Part shown: in pieces, positions 9,949-18,496 of the stretch
Layout of the letters: the number at the start of each line of letters is the position of its first letter
How positions within the stretch are numbered: position 1 is the stretch's first letter
Assembly (NCBI GenBank): GCA_965216465.1
Contig: CBDCFW010000002.1
Coordinates: forward strand, 1-64,000
Length of the DNA stretch: 64,000 nt
Reading direction: 5' to 3'
Source of the DNA: Bacteroidia bacterium
GTDB lineage: Bacteria; Bacteroidota; Bacteroidia; NS11-12g; UBA9320
Position numbers and translations under genes: made by a program
The notes under the pieces: model-generated
What the model saw: only the letters and a program-made list of their open reading frames with translations
Told to the model about the DNA's origin: nothing
The model's database searches: none

Positions 9949-10398
9949 TTAATCACAAAGTACAGGACAATACGACCCTGGACCCGATCTTAAAACGTTC
10001 TCACCTTCATTTGGAGAATAGAACAATAGGCCTAAATGACCAACTCCGGCTTCATCGGTATCATAATAAAATCTATACTTCAAATCTGTGTCTCCCATTA
10101 TACCTATAATATCGCGAATGTTTTTCTCGCCAATTACACCGCCAATAGAAGTTGTGCTTGGTAATTCATTTGCTTGTACAAAGTCTCGATTAAAGTTTTC
10201 ATGCAATATGGCTGCTTCTTCAGGGGTGATAAAACCACCATGGGTTTCATGCATATCATCTGCAGTAATTGCAGTTAAATTTGACTTAGTAGGTTTCATG
10301 TTTTCAGTGTGAGAATTTGCAACATTTACACTGAAGAGGGTAAATCCAATGGCAAGACCTGCGGCCATCCCAAGGAAGAAATTATTCTTTATTTTCAT
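9949..10398 (-). CDS. hypothetical exported protein with C-terminal CPxxC motif
   Basis: 149 aa; N-terminal hydrophobic/signal segment; ends GPGSYCPVLCD. Confidence 0.7.
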   Translation of the reverse strand: MKIKNNFFLGMAAGLAIGFTLFSVNVANSHTENMKPTKSNLTAITADDMHETHGGFITPEEAAILHENFNRDFVQANELPSTTSIGGVIGEKNIRDIIGIMGDTDLKYRFYYDTDEAGVGHLGLLFYSPNEGENVLRSGPGSYCPVLCD

Positions 10399-10533
10399 GG
10401 GTTAATACTGTTAGTTAACAACCAAATATAATGAAAATGAGATAAATAGCATCAAAATGTCATATCTAATTCAAGAAGAAATGTTGGTCGAGCAGACCAA
10501 ATATAATTCCAATATCTTCGTGAGTCTATTCAA

Positions 10534-11160
10534 ATGAAGGCAAGGTTAAACAAATTGAATAAGTATAAAATATTGCTTTGCGTGTTAGCTCTGTTGCTCA
10601 CTAATCAAGCACAATCTCAAGATAAGTGGTTTCCTTTTTCAAATATTCCACCTTTGGGTTTTGTAGTTCAGGGTGGTGTTCAAAATTTATCTATTGATGG
10701 TGATCAGGCATATCTTATGTCAGTTAGAGGGGGTGTAACCTATTTGGAAAATTATTCAACCGGAATTTCTTTTAAATTTAGCACCAATCGCATCAATCCT
10801 ATAGGCAACAATGATCCAGATGTGTTTTTAAACTTTGCTTTGACTGCTTTATATGTCGAGTATACGTTCAAACCACAAAGCAGGTTGCATATAACTATTC
10901 CAATCGACATAGGAGGCGGAGATTTAAACTACGAGTTTAAAAACTGGCAACCGGGTCAAAACACATTTCCATACAGTGAAAAATATTTCTTCTTCGCAGA
11001 ACCAGCTTTGCAATTAGAATATAACATAACCTCTAAACTGAGATGCAATCTAGGAGCGTCTTATGTCTATATCCCTCGTCTTCAATACCGAAGCGTTACC
11101 CATCAGAATACGGGTCCACTGTCTTTTGGACTGGGAATTAAATACGGAAAGTTTCTGTAG
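10534..11160 (+). CDS. putative small outer-membrane beta-barrel protein
   Basis: Signal peptide (AQS-Q), alternating amphipathic strands, EPALQLEYN, C-terminal GLGIKYGKFL. Confidence 0.65.
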   Translation: MKARLNKLNKYKILLCVLALLLTNQAQSQDKWFPFSNIPPLGFVVQGGVQNLSIDGDQAYLMSVRGGVTYLENYSTGISFKFSTNRINPIGNNDPDVFLNFALTALYVEYTFKPQSRLHITIPIDIGGGDLNYEFKNWQPGQNTFPYSEKYFFFAEPALQLEYNITSKLRCNLGASYVYIPRLQYRSVTHQNTGPLSFGLGIKYGKFL

Positions 11161-11177
11161 ACTTCTCATAAAATTTC

Positions 11178-11193
11178 TATGATAACAATCATA
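11178..11193. promoter_or_regulatory. FNR/Crp-like palindromic box upstream of the nos operon
   Basis: Perfect inverted repeat TATGAT-AACA-ATCATA, resembling TTGAT-N4-ATCAA. Confidence 0.55.
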
Positions 11194-11214
11194 TGAAATG
11201 CTGACCAATTTAAA

Positions 11215-11232
11215 TCGGACATTTTTGTCCGA
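11215..11232. promoter_or_regulatory. putative Rrf2 operator overlapping the -33 element
   Basis: Perfect 7-4-7 inverted repeat TCGGACA-TTTT-TGTCCGA. It contains TTTG at 11224-11227 and lies just upstream of the rrf2 gene. Confidence 0.6.
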
Positions 11233-11246
11233 ATTAACCTTGCCGG

Positions 11247-11254
11247 TAACTTTG
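11247..11254 (+). promoter_or_regulatory. -7 promoter box (TAACTTTG) of the rrf2-nos operon
   Basis: Exact TAnnTTTG with a TTTG 19 nt upstream, consistent with -33/-7 spacing. Confidence 0.7.
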
Positions 11255-11277
11255 CAGTGTAAGATAATTGATAAAAA

Positions 11278-11739
11278 TTGATACTATCTAAAGCATGTGA
11301 ATATGGAATTAAAGCGGTGATATGCATCGCGGTTAACTCACAAAAAGGAAAGAAGGTGAACTTGAAACAAGTAGCTGCAAATATTGAATCTCCAGAAGCT
11401 TATACTTCTAAAATCTTACAGAAGTTGGCAAAGGCAAATCTAGTTAGTTCGTCGAAAGGTGTTCAGGGTGGTTTTTATATTCCTGAAACTCAAATAAGTG
11501 ACGTCGTTTTATGGGATGTGGTGAAAGAGATTGATGGAGTTGATATTTCAGAAAAATGTGTGTTGGGCATGAAAAATTGCTCGAATACTGAACCCTGTCC
11601 TGTTCACAATAAGTTTAAACACATACGATCAAACTTAGTAAATGCTATGAAAGAAACGGCAATTGTCGAGCTCTCGCAAGGAGTTGATAGTGGTGAAAGC
11701 GTACTTAAGAATTCAACCAAAAAACAAAATATAAAATGA
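11278..11739 (+). CDS. Rrf2-family transcriptional regulator
   Basis: LSKACEYG, wHTH with SKILQKL and S.KG..GGF, Cys cluster CVLGMKNCSNTEPCPVH. TTG start. Confidence 0.92.
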   Translation: MILSKACEYGIKAVICIAVNSQKGKKVNLKQVAANIESPEAYTSKILQKLAKANLVSSSKGVQGGFYIPETQISDVVLWDVVKEIDGVDISEKCVLGMKNCSNTEPCPVHNKFKHIRSNLVNAMKETAIVELSQGVDSGESVLKNSTKKQNIK

Positions 11740-12209
11740 AGCATCTTTTAAAATTTATGATTGTCCTTTTTGTAGCTGCAATTGCTGTTAGCTGCGGAAG
11801 CAATGAATCCGAGAACACAAGCAACACTGAAGCCCCTGTTTCAATGATTGCTGATGAAATTGTTACATCTGAATTTAACGACAGTAAAGGAGTAGGGCCT
11901 ATTTCAAGTTTAGACCTTGCTGATGAAATTGACGATGAACTTGCAGCCAAAGGAAAAGAGGTTTTTGATGCCATGTGTACTGCATGTCACAAAAGTGATA
12001 AAAAGCATATCGGCCCAAGTCCTCAAGGAGTGTTAGATAGAAGAACTCCAGAATGGGTAATGAATATGATTCTTAACCCAGAAGAAATGGTAAGTCAAGA
12101 CCCACTTGCCAAACAATTGCTTATCGAATTCAATGGTGCACCAATGGCCAACCAAAACGTAAGTGAGGAAGACGCCCGTGCCATCCTAGAATATTTTAGA
12201 ACCTTATAA
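11736..12209 (+). CDS. monoheme c-type cytochrome lipoprotein (NosC-like)
   Basis: Lipobox AVSC, heme motif CTACH, distal Met in APMANQ. ATGA overlap with rrf2. Confidence 0.88.
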   Translation: MKHLLKFMIVLFVAAIAVSCGSNESENTSNTEAPVSMIADEIVTSEFNDSKGVGPISSLDLADEIDDELAAKGKEVFDAMCTACHKSDKKHIGPSPQGVLDRRTPEWVMNMILNPEEMVSQDPLAKQLLIEFNGAPMANQNVSEEDARAILEYFRTL

Positions 12210-12220
12210 AAAATAACAAC

Positions 12221-12784
12221 ATGAAACTATTCAAATTTATCATTCCAGTTGTTATTGCCGGCTTAATGATGGCTTGTAGTAACAACGCTTCAGAAACAAG
12301 CACTTCTAGTGCCGCTGAAGAACCAACAGAAAGAACAGGACAAGCCTTTCTTAGCGACGATGAGGGTAAACCAAATTGTCTTCAAATAGCTATTGGCTCT
12401 CCTGATCACACATCATTAGTTGCAGCCGTTCAAGCTGCACAGGTAGAAAATGCATTAGTAAATGTAGGCCCATTAACGGTTTTCGCTCCAACAGATGATG
12501 CATTTGCAGCACTTCCAGAAGGAACAGTAGAAAACCTTTTGAAACCAGAAAACAAAGATGCACTAGCGAACATCCTGAAGTACCACGTAACTCCTGGAAA
12601 CTTAAAAGCAGAATTTTTAACCAAGTTTAAGAAACTAGGCCAAGCAAATAACCAGAATGTTCAGGTTGAGGTTGTTGATGGAAAAGCTGTAATTGGCGGA
12701 GCGAACATTATTGCGAGCGTTCCTGCCGGTAACGGTATTGTTCACGTTATTGACAAAGTACTTCTACCTCCTGCCGAAGAATAA
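12221..12784 (+). CDS. fasciclin (FAS1) domain lipoprotein
   Basis: Lipobox MMAC; GPLTVFAPTDDAF, LKYHV and NGIVHVIDKVLLP motifs. Confidence 0.92.
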   Translation: MKLFKFIIPVVIAGLMMACSNNASETSTSSAAEEPTERTGQAFLSDDEGKPNCLQIAIGSPDHTSLVAAVQAAQVENALVNVGPLTVFAPTDDAFAALPEGTVENLLKPENKDALANILKYHVTPGNLKAEFLTKFKKLGQANNQNVQVEVVDGKAVIGGANIIASVPAGNGIVHVIDKVLLPPAEE

Positions 12785-12807
12785 TTAACCCTTAGAATAT
12801 CAAACCC

Positions 12808-14775
12808 ATGAAAAATATTTTTAAAACATCATTTATTTTAGCCTTGACTGCCGCCTTCCTACTAGGCTGTAACAATGGCAACAACACAGAGAACAGTGCT
12901 TTGTCAGGAAGTGCTGCTGAGAAAGTTTATGTTAAACCTGGAGATCATGACAAGTATTATGCTTTTATCTCCGGTGGTTTTAATGGTCAACTTTCAGTTT
13001 ATGGTTTACCTTCAGGTAGATTGTTTAAAGTAATCCCTGTTTTCTCGCAAGATGCAGAGAAAGCTTATGGTTATTCTGAAGAAACTAAACCACTTTTAAA
13101 CACCTCTCACGGTTTTGTACCTTGGGACGACTTGCATCACCCAGATATTTCTCAAACCAATGGAGAATTAGATGGTAGATGGGTGTTTGTAAATGGTAAC
13201 AACACTCCAAGAATTGCTCGTGTCGATTTGACTACATTTGAGACTACTGAGATTATTGAGATTCCAAACACCGCTGGTAACCACAGTTCTTCGTACGTAA
13301 CTGAAAATACCGAATACGTGGTGGCAGGTACACGTTTTGCCGTTCCTGTTCCTCAGCGTGACATGTCAATCAAAGAATACAAAGGAAACTTTAAAGGTGC
13401 CTTGTCTTTTATTGCTGTTGATCAAGAATCAGGAAGAATGGATCTTGACTTCCAAATTTTAATGCCAGGATTTGATTACGATAAAGCTCACCCTGGAAGA
13501 GGTGAATCACACGGTTGGTTCTTCTTTACAACTTATAACACGGAAGAGGGTTCAACTTTACTTGAGGTTAACGCTTCTCAAAACGATAAAGACTTTATCG
13601 CTGCAGTAAATTGGAAGAAAGCCCAAGAGTACATCGAGCAAGGTAAATTTACTACCATGCCAACTAAGTATGCTCACAACGTGTATGACGAAAGCACTCA
13701 AATGGCAACAACTACATGGAAAAATGAAGTTCGTGTACTAGACCCGGCTGAATGCCCAGGCTTAGTATATTTCTTACCTACTCCTAAATCACCACACGGT
13801 TGCGATGTTGATCCAACTGGTGAGTATATCGTAGGAAGTGGTAAACTTTCTGCTGATGTTACTGTTCACTCTTTCTCAAAAATGATGGATGCCATCGAAA
13901 ATGAGAAGTTCGCGGGTGAAGCTTATGGTATTCCAATCATCGAATTCGAATCAGTTAATGCTGGTGCAGTTAAGCAAGCAGGTTTAGGACCTCTTCATAC
14001 TGAATTTGACGACAAAGGATACGGTTATACTACATTCTTCATCTCTTCAGAGGTGGTTAAATGGAAAGTAGGAACTTGGGAAGTAGTTGATAGAAAACCA
14101 ACTTACTACTCTGTAGGTCACTTAATGATTCCTGGAGGTAACTCTCAAAAACCATTTGGTGAGTACTGTGTTGCCATGAATAAAATTACTAAAGACCGTT
14201 ACTTACCTACAGGTCCTGAAGTAACTCAATCTGCACAGCTTTATGATATCAGTGGTGAGAAAATGGAATTACTTCTTGATTTTCCAACTGTTGGTGAACC
14301 TCACTATGCAGCAGGTATCAGAGCAGATCTTGTAACACCAAATTCAAGAAAAATCTTCAAGCTTGAAGAGAATAATCACCCTTACGCATGTAAAAGTGAA
14401 GCAGAATCTCGTGTAGAACGAAACGGAAATGAAGTTCATGTTTATATGACCATGATCCGTTCGCACTTTGCACCAGATAACATTGAAGGAATCAAAGCAG
14501 GAGATAAGGTATATTTCCACGTAACTAACTTAGAACAAGACTACGACGTACCACATGGTGTGAGTATGATTGGAGCCAATACTTCTGAGTTGTTGATCAT
14601 GCCTGGTCAAACTGAAACATTTGTTTGGGAACCTAAACAAGTGGGTGTATGGCCATTCTACTGTACTGACTTCTGTTCTGCACTTCACCAAGAAATGCAA
14701 GGTTATGTTAGAGTCTCACCTCAAGGTTCTTCAATACCATTATCTTGGTCTGTTGGCGAAGATATTGAGGAATAA
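12808..14775 (+). CDS. nosZ: Sec-dependent (clade II) nitrous-oxide reductase
   Basis: Lipoprotein signal (LLGC, no twin-Arg). CuZ His motifs DDLHH, GNH, PKSPHG, GPLH and EPH; CuA motif H...CTDFCSALHQEM. No C-terminal heme c domain. Confidence 0.97.
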   Translation: MKNIFKTSFILALTAAFLLGCNNGNNTENSALSGSAAEKVYVKPGDHDKYYAFISGGFNGQLSVYGLPSGRLFKVIPVFSQDAEKAYGYSEETKPLLNTSHGFVPWDDLHHPDISQTNGELDGRWVFVNGNNTPRIARVDLTTFETTEIIEIPNTAGNHSSSYVTENTEYVVAGTRFAVPVPQRDMSIKEYKGNFKGALSFIAVDQESGRMDLDFQILMPGFDYDKAHPGRGESHGWFFFTTYNTEEGSTLLEVNASQNDKDFIAAVNWKKAQEYIEQGKFTTMPTKYAHNVYDESTQMATTTWKNEVRVLDPAECPGLVYFLPTPKSPHGCDVDPTGEYIVGSGKLSADVTVHSFSKMMDAIENEKFAGEAYGIPIIEFESVNAGAVKQAGLGPLHTEFDDKGYGYTTFFISSEVVKWKVGTWEVVDRKPTYYSVGHLMIPGGNSQKPFGEYCVAMNKITKDRYLPTGPEVTQSAQLYDISGEKMELLLDFPTVGEPHYAAGIRADLVTPNSRKIFKLEENNHPYACKSEAESRVERNGNEVHVYMTMIRSHFAPDNIEGIKAGDKVYFHVTNLEQDYDVPHGVSMIGANTSELLIMPGQTETFVWEPKQVGVWPFYCTDFCSALHQEMQGYVRVSPQGSSIPLSWSVGEDIEE

Positions 14776-14805
14776 GTATAAATGTTAATTAATGGGGTTG
14801 GACCC

Positions 14806-14843
14806 AGGTAGGGGAGCATTCCCCGCTTCCCTACCTTTTATTT
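14806..14843 (+). terminator. intra-operon hairpin/terminator after nosZ
   Basis: AGGTAGGGGAGC-ATTCCCC-GCTTCCCTACCT, a 12-bp stem with one G-U pair, followed by TTTATTT. Confidence 0.65.
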
Positions 14844-14855
14844 CAAAATAGTAAA

Positions 14856-15443
14856 ATGAAAAAATCGAAGTTGTTTATGTTAGTAGGTGTAATCCTACTC
14901 GGAGGGCTTTTTGCGTTCCCTTTATGGAACATTACGCTTGAAGCTCCACAATATCCTGAGCCTATTGGGATGAATATTCACATCAATAAAATGTCGGATA
15001 TGAACCCAAACGATATTAAGAATATTAATATCATGAACCACTACATCGGAATGAAAGACATTCCGGAATCTTTGCCAGAATTCAAAATATTTCCATTTGT
15101 GGTAATAGGCATGATGGCACTCGGTTTAATCATTGCCTTCGGCCTCAATTATAAATGGTATCTTGTTTGGTTTATTATGATGTGTATTCTTGGTTCTGCA
15201 GGAATGTACGATTTCTATCTATGGGAATACGACTATGGCCATAATCTTAAAGAAAATGCGGCCATTAAGTTTACTAATCCAGATGGAACGCCATTGGCCT
15301 ACCAGCCACCTTTATTAGGCACAAAAACTATTTTAAATTTTATCGCTCACTCATATCCAAGATTAGGAGCATACATGCTATTTAGTGGCATGGGACTATC
15401 GTTATATGCATTCTTCTTGGGTAAAAAAGAAAGCAAATCATGA
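14856..15443 (+). CDS. nosB: NosB-like four-TM membrane protein of clade II nos clusters
   Basis: PLW.I.LEAPQYPE, NIMNHYIGM, YDYGHNL and YQPPLLG.K motifs; directly after nosZ. Confidence 0.8.
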   Translation: MKKSKLFMLVGVILLGGLFAFPLWNITLEAPQYPEPIGMNIHINKMSDMNPNDIKNINIMNHYIGMKDIPESLPEFKIFPFVVIGMMALGLIIAFGLNYKWYLVWFIMMCILGSAGMYDFYLWEYDYGHNLKENAAIKFTNPDGTPLAYQPPLLGTKTILNFIAHSYPRLGAYMLFSGMGLSLYAFFLGKKESKS

Positions 15444-15865
15444 AAAATATCTTAACCATACTTGTTGCATTAACACTGCTCAGTTCTTGTGGAGTTGAAC
15501 CCGAAAAAATTGACTACGGTAAAGAAGCATGCGTGTACTGCAAAATGAATATCGTTGATCAGCAACATGCGGCGGAGATCGTTTCACAAAAAGGGAAGGT
15601 TTTTAAATATGATGCAATAGAATGTATGTTAAGAGATAACGATCACAATAAAAAAGAAGATGTAGCCTTGTTTCTGGTAATGAATTACACCAATCCAGAT
15701 TCATTTCTAGATGCCACATCAGCGCACTTTATTGTGAGTGAAAATATTCCAAGCCCAATGGGTGCTTTTTTATCAGCAGTAATATCTGAAGAAGAAGCAA
15801 AAGAAATTGTTAATGAGAAATCTGGCGAGGTTTACAATTGGGAGCAAATTAATAATCACTTTTAA
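15440..15865 (+). CDS. nosL: NosL copper chaperone lipoprotein
   Basis: Lipobox LSSC; CVYCKM, YDAIECM and IPSPMG motifs. Confidence 0.9.
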   Translation: MKNILTILVALTLLSSCGVEPEKIDYGKEACVYCKMNIVDQQHAAEIVSQKGKVFKYDAIECMLRDNDHNKKEDVALFLVMNYTNPDSFLDATSAHFIVSENIPSPMGAFLSAVISEEEAKEIVNEKSGEVYNWEQINNHF

Positions 15866-15883
15866 CCATCTAAAATTAAACCA

Positions 15884-17257
15884 ATGAAGTATTTAATGAC
15901 AATAGCGTTTAGTGTTTTTGCACTATTCGCATCTGCTCAAAAACCGTCGAGCTGTGTGCATTGTAAAATGGATATAAACGATGCATTGTTTCAAGCCTAT
16001 GGCGAACTAAACGGTAAACAAGTCAGCTTTGATGCTACTGAATGTATGGTCAATTTTCTGAAAGAAGAAAAGGACCTAGTAAACCTCAAAGTAACTGATT
16101 ATCAAACCGGAAAAGTTATACCGGCTAAGACTGCTTTTTATCTTAAAAGCAATAAGATTCCAAGCCCAATGGGGGCAAATATTTCCGCTTATTCTACCGA
16201 GGCTTCGGCCAAAGCAGCTCAAAAGAAAGCTGATGGCATGGTGCTAAATTGGGTAGAGCTTGTTAAGCGATTTGAAAGCTCAAAATTTGGCAGTGTTGAC
16301 CATTCGCACCACCATCACCATGGCAGAGCCGATATGTATGGTCCTGCAGGAGTAATGGGCGATCACGTTCACGCCAAAGGAGGCAAAATGCTTTCTGTTC
16401 GTTACATGAATATGGCAATGGCGGGAAATCAAAATGGAACAAATTCTCTTTCAGAAGATGAAGTATTTGAAAACTACATGACTGCACCACAGACCATGCA
16501 CATGAGCATGTATATGGTAGGAGGTATGTACGCAGTTTCAGACCGGCTTACACTGATGGCTATGCAAAATTTTGTAGCTAATAAAATGCAAATGAACCAT
16601 CGAATGAGCATGGGAGGCATGACCATGAATCACGAGTTTGAAACACAATCAACTGGTTTAGGAGATTTCAAATTGTCGGGTTTGATAGGCCTTATTTCCA
16701 ATCAGAATTTCTCGATGCATATTAATAGTGGAATCAGTGTTCCATTAGGAAGTATAACAAATAGAGATGAGACTCCTATGAATGAAAGTGCAAAATTGCC
16801 ATATGCTATGCAATTGGGTTCTGGTAGCTATGATGCCACAATTGGAGGAACAGCACGAGGTAGCTTTAATAAAGCATCATGGGGAGTTCAGCAACTCAAT
16901 ACCATACGTTTAAACGAAAATTCAGAGCATTACAAGCTCGGAAATCAATATGAGATCAACATGTGGGCTGCTTATTCTATTATGAAGAAAGTGAGCTCTT
17001 CAATTCGTTTACATGCAATTTCAATCAATCCGATTGAAGGTGCTGATCCTGAACTTATGCCAATGATGGCTCCTCCTGCTAACACGACTAACTACGACCG
17101 TAACTTAATAAGAACTTTCTTGGGCGTTAATGCCTTTGTATTTAAATCAACCTTGCTCGCTTCGGCCGAGTTTGGATTACCAGTTTACCAAAAAACATCA
17201 GGTACATTTATGACGGAGACCATGTTTTTGAATGCAGGTCTCAAGGTAATATTGTAA
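15884..17257 (+). CDS. NosL domain fused to a His/Met-rich putative outer-membrane beta-barrel transporter
   Basis: SPI signal (FASA-Q); NosL motifs CVHCKM, FDATECM and IPSPMG; linker DHSHHHHH; then RADMYGPAGVMGDHVH..G..MLSVRYM, GLGD, G.SVP.GS, LPYAMQLGSGSYD and amphipathic strands to the C-terminus. Confidence 0.75.
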   Translation: MKYLMTIAFSVFALFASAQKPSSCVHCKMDINDALFQAYGELNGKQVSFDATECMVNFLKEEKDLVNLKVTDYQTGKVIPAKTAFYLKSNKIPSPMGANISAYSTEASAKAAQKKADGMVLNWVELVKRFESSKFGSVDHSHHHHHGRADMYGPAGVMGDHVHAKGGKMLSVRYMNMAMAGNQNGTNSLSEDEVFENYMTAPQTMHMSMYMVGGMYAVSDRLTLMAMQNFVANKMQMNHRMSMGGMTMNHEFETQSTGLGDFKLSGLIGLISNQNFSMHINSGISVPLGSITNRDETPMNESAKLPYAMQLGSGSYDATIGGTARGSFNKASWGVQQLNTIRLNENSEHYKLGNQYEINMWAAYSIMKKVSSSIRLHAISINPIEGADPELMPMMAPPANTTNYDRNLIRTFLGVNAFVFKSTLLASAEFGLPVYQKTSGTFMTETMFLNAGLKVIL

Positions 17258-17260
17258 ATA

Positions 17261-18496
17261 ATGTTTCGTATAATCCTTTTTATAATTCTGATTTTTATCG
17301 GATCGGGCCATACCTATGCCGGTACCTTAGATGTTTGCGACGAGTGCGCGTACACATCGATTCAATCTGCTATTCAAAAAGCAGAATCGGGTGATACAAT
17401 TCAGTTACACAACCAGGTTTATTCAGAATTTGATGTTCTCATTGAAAAGCCTATTACCATCATAGGCACAAAAGAGTCGTTGATTGATGCCGATCGAAAA
17501 GGATATGGTTTAATAGTGAAGGCCGACAGTGTAAACATTCATCAGGTTGCAATCACAAATGTTGGTCAAAGCTATACCAAAGATTATGCAGCGATTTATT
17601 TATCGCGTTGCAAACATTTTCTAATTGAAAAAACTACGTTATCTGAAGTTTTCTTTGGAATCTTGGTTGAGAAATCGCACCATGGTATTATCCGCAGAAA
17701 TGAGATTTCTAGCCACGCCGTTGAGGAAGCAGCATCTGGCAACGGTGTTCACATGTGGCACAGCAGTGATATTCGAGTTGACGATAATGTTTTGCACAAT
17801 CTGAGAGATGGAATTTACTTTGAATTTGTGACAGAAAGCAGTGTTTCAAACAACTTTAGTTACGATAATTTACGGTACGGTTTACACTTTATGTTCTCTA
17901 ATAACAATGAGTATCATTACAATAAGTTTTCGAGCAATGGAGCAGGTGTTGCTGTAATGTTCTCTAAGTTTATTCATATGACTCATAATACATTTCTTGA
18001 AAATTGGGGGTCTGCTTCTTATGGCTTGCTTCTTAAAGAAATTTACGATGCCGAAATTGAAAACAATGTGATAGAAAGGAATACGATAGGTATTATGGCT
18101 GAAGGATCTACACGAATCAATTATAAGAACAATGATTTTGTTGGAAACGGCTGGGCTATTAAAGTTTCAGGGGCGTGTTATGCCAATAAGTTCGAACAAA
18201 ATAATTTCTTGAATAACTCATTTGATGTTTCGTACAATAGCAAGATGAACGATAATAACTTTGATGGGAATTACTGGAGCTCATATACTGGCTACGACCT
18301 AAATAAAGACGGTATAGGCGATGTGCCATTCAGACCGGTAAAGCTATTCTCATATATTGTCAATCGAACGCCTGAAACTATTTTACTACTAAGAAGTCTC
18401 TTTATGGAGATTCTTAATTTCTCAGAAAAAGTATCACCTGTTTTTACTCCGGATGATTTAAAAGATAATAACCCTGTAATGAAACGCATCTCATGA
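17261..18496 (+). CDS. nosD: nitrous oxide reductase maturation protein NosD
   Basis: Beta-helix repeats GNGVHMW, RDGIYFEF and LRYGLHFMFS; GNYWSSYTGYDLNKDGIGDVP. Confidence 0.95.
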   Translation: MFRIILFIILIFIGSGHTYAGTLDVCDECAYTSIQSAIQKAESGDTIQLHNQVYSEFDVLIEKPITIIGTKESLIDADRKGYGLIVKADSVNIHQVAITNVGQSYTKDYAAIYLSRCKHFLIEKTTLSEVFFGILVEKSHHGIIRRNEISSHAVEEAASGNGVHMWHSSDIRVDDNVLHNLRDGIYFEFVTESSVSNNFSYDNLRYGLHFMFSNNNEYHYNKFSSNGAGVAVMFSKFIHMTHNTFLENWGSASYGLLLKEIYDAEIENNVIERNTIGIMAEGSTRINYKNNDFVGNGWAIKVSGACYANKFEQNNFLNNSFDVSYNSKMNDNNFDGNYWSSYTGYDLNKDGIGDVPFRPVKLFSYIVNRTPETILLLRSLFMEILNFSEKVSPVFTPDDLKDNNPVMKRIS

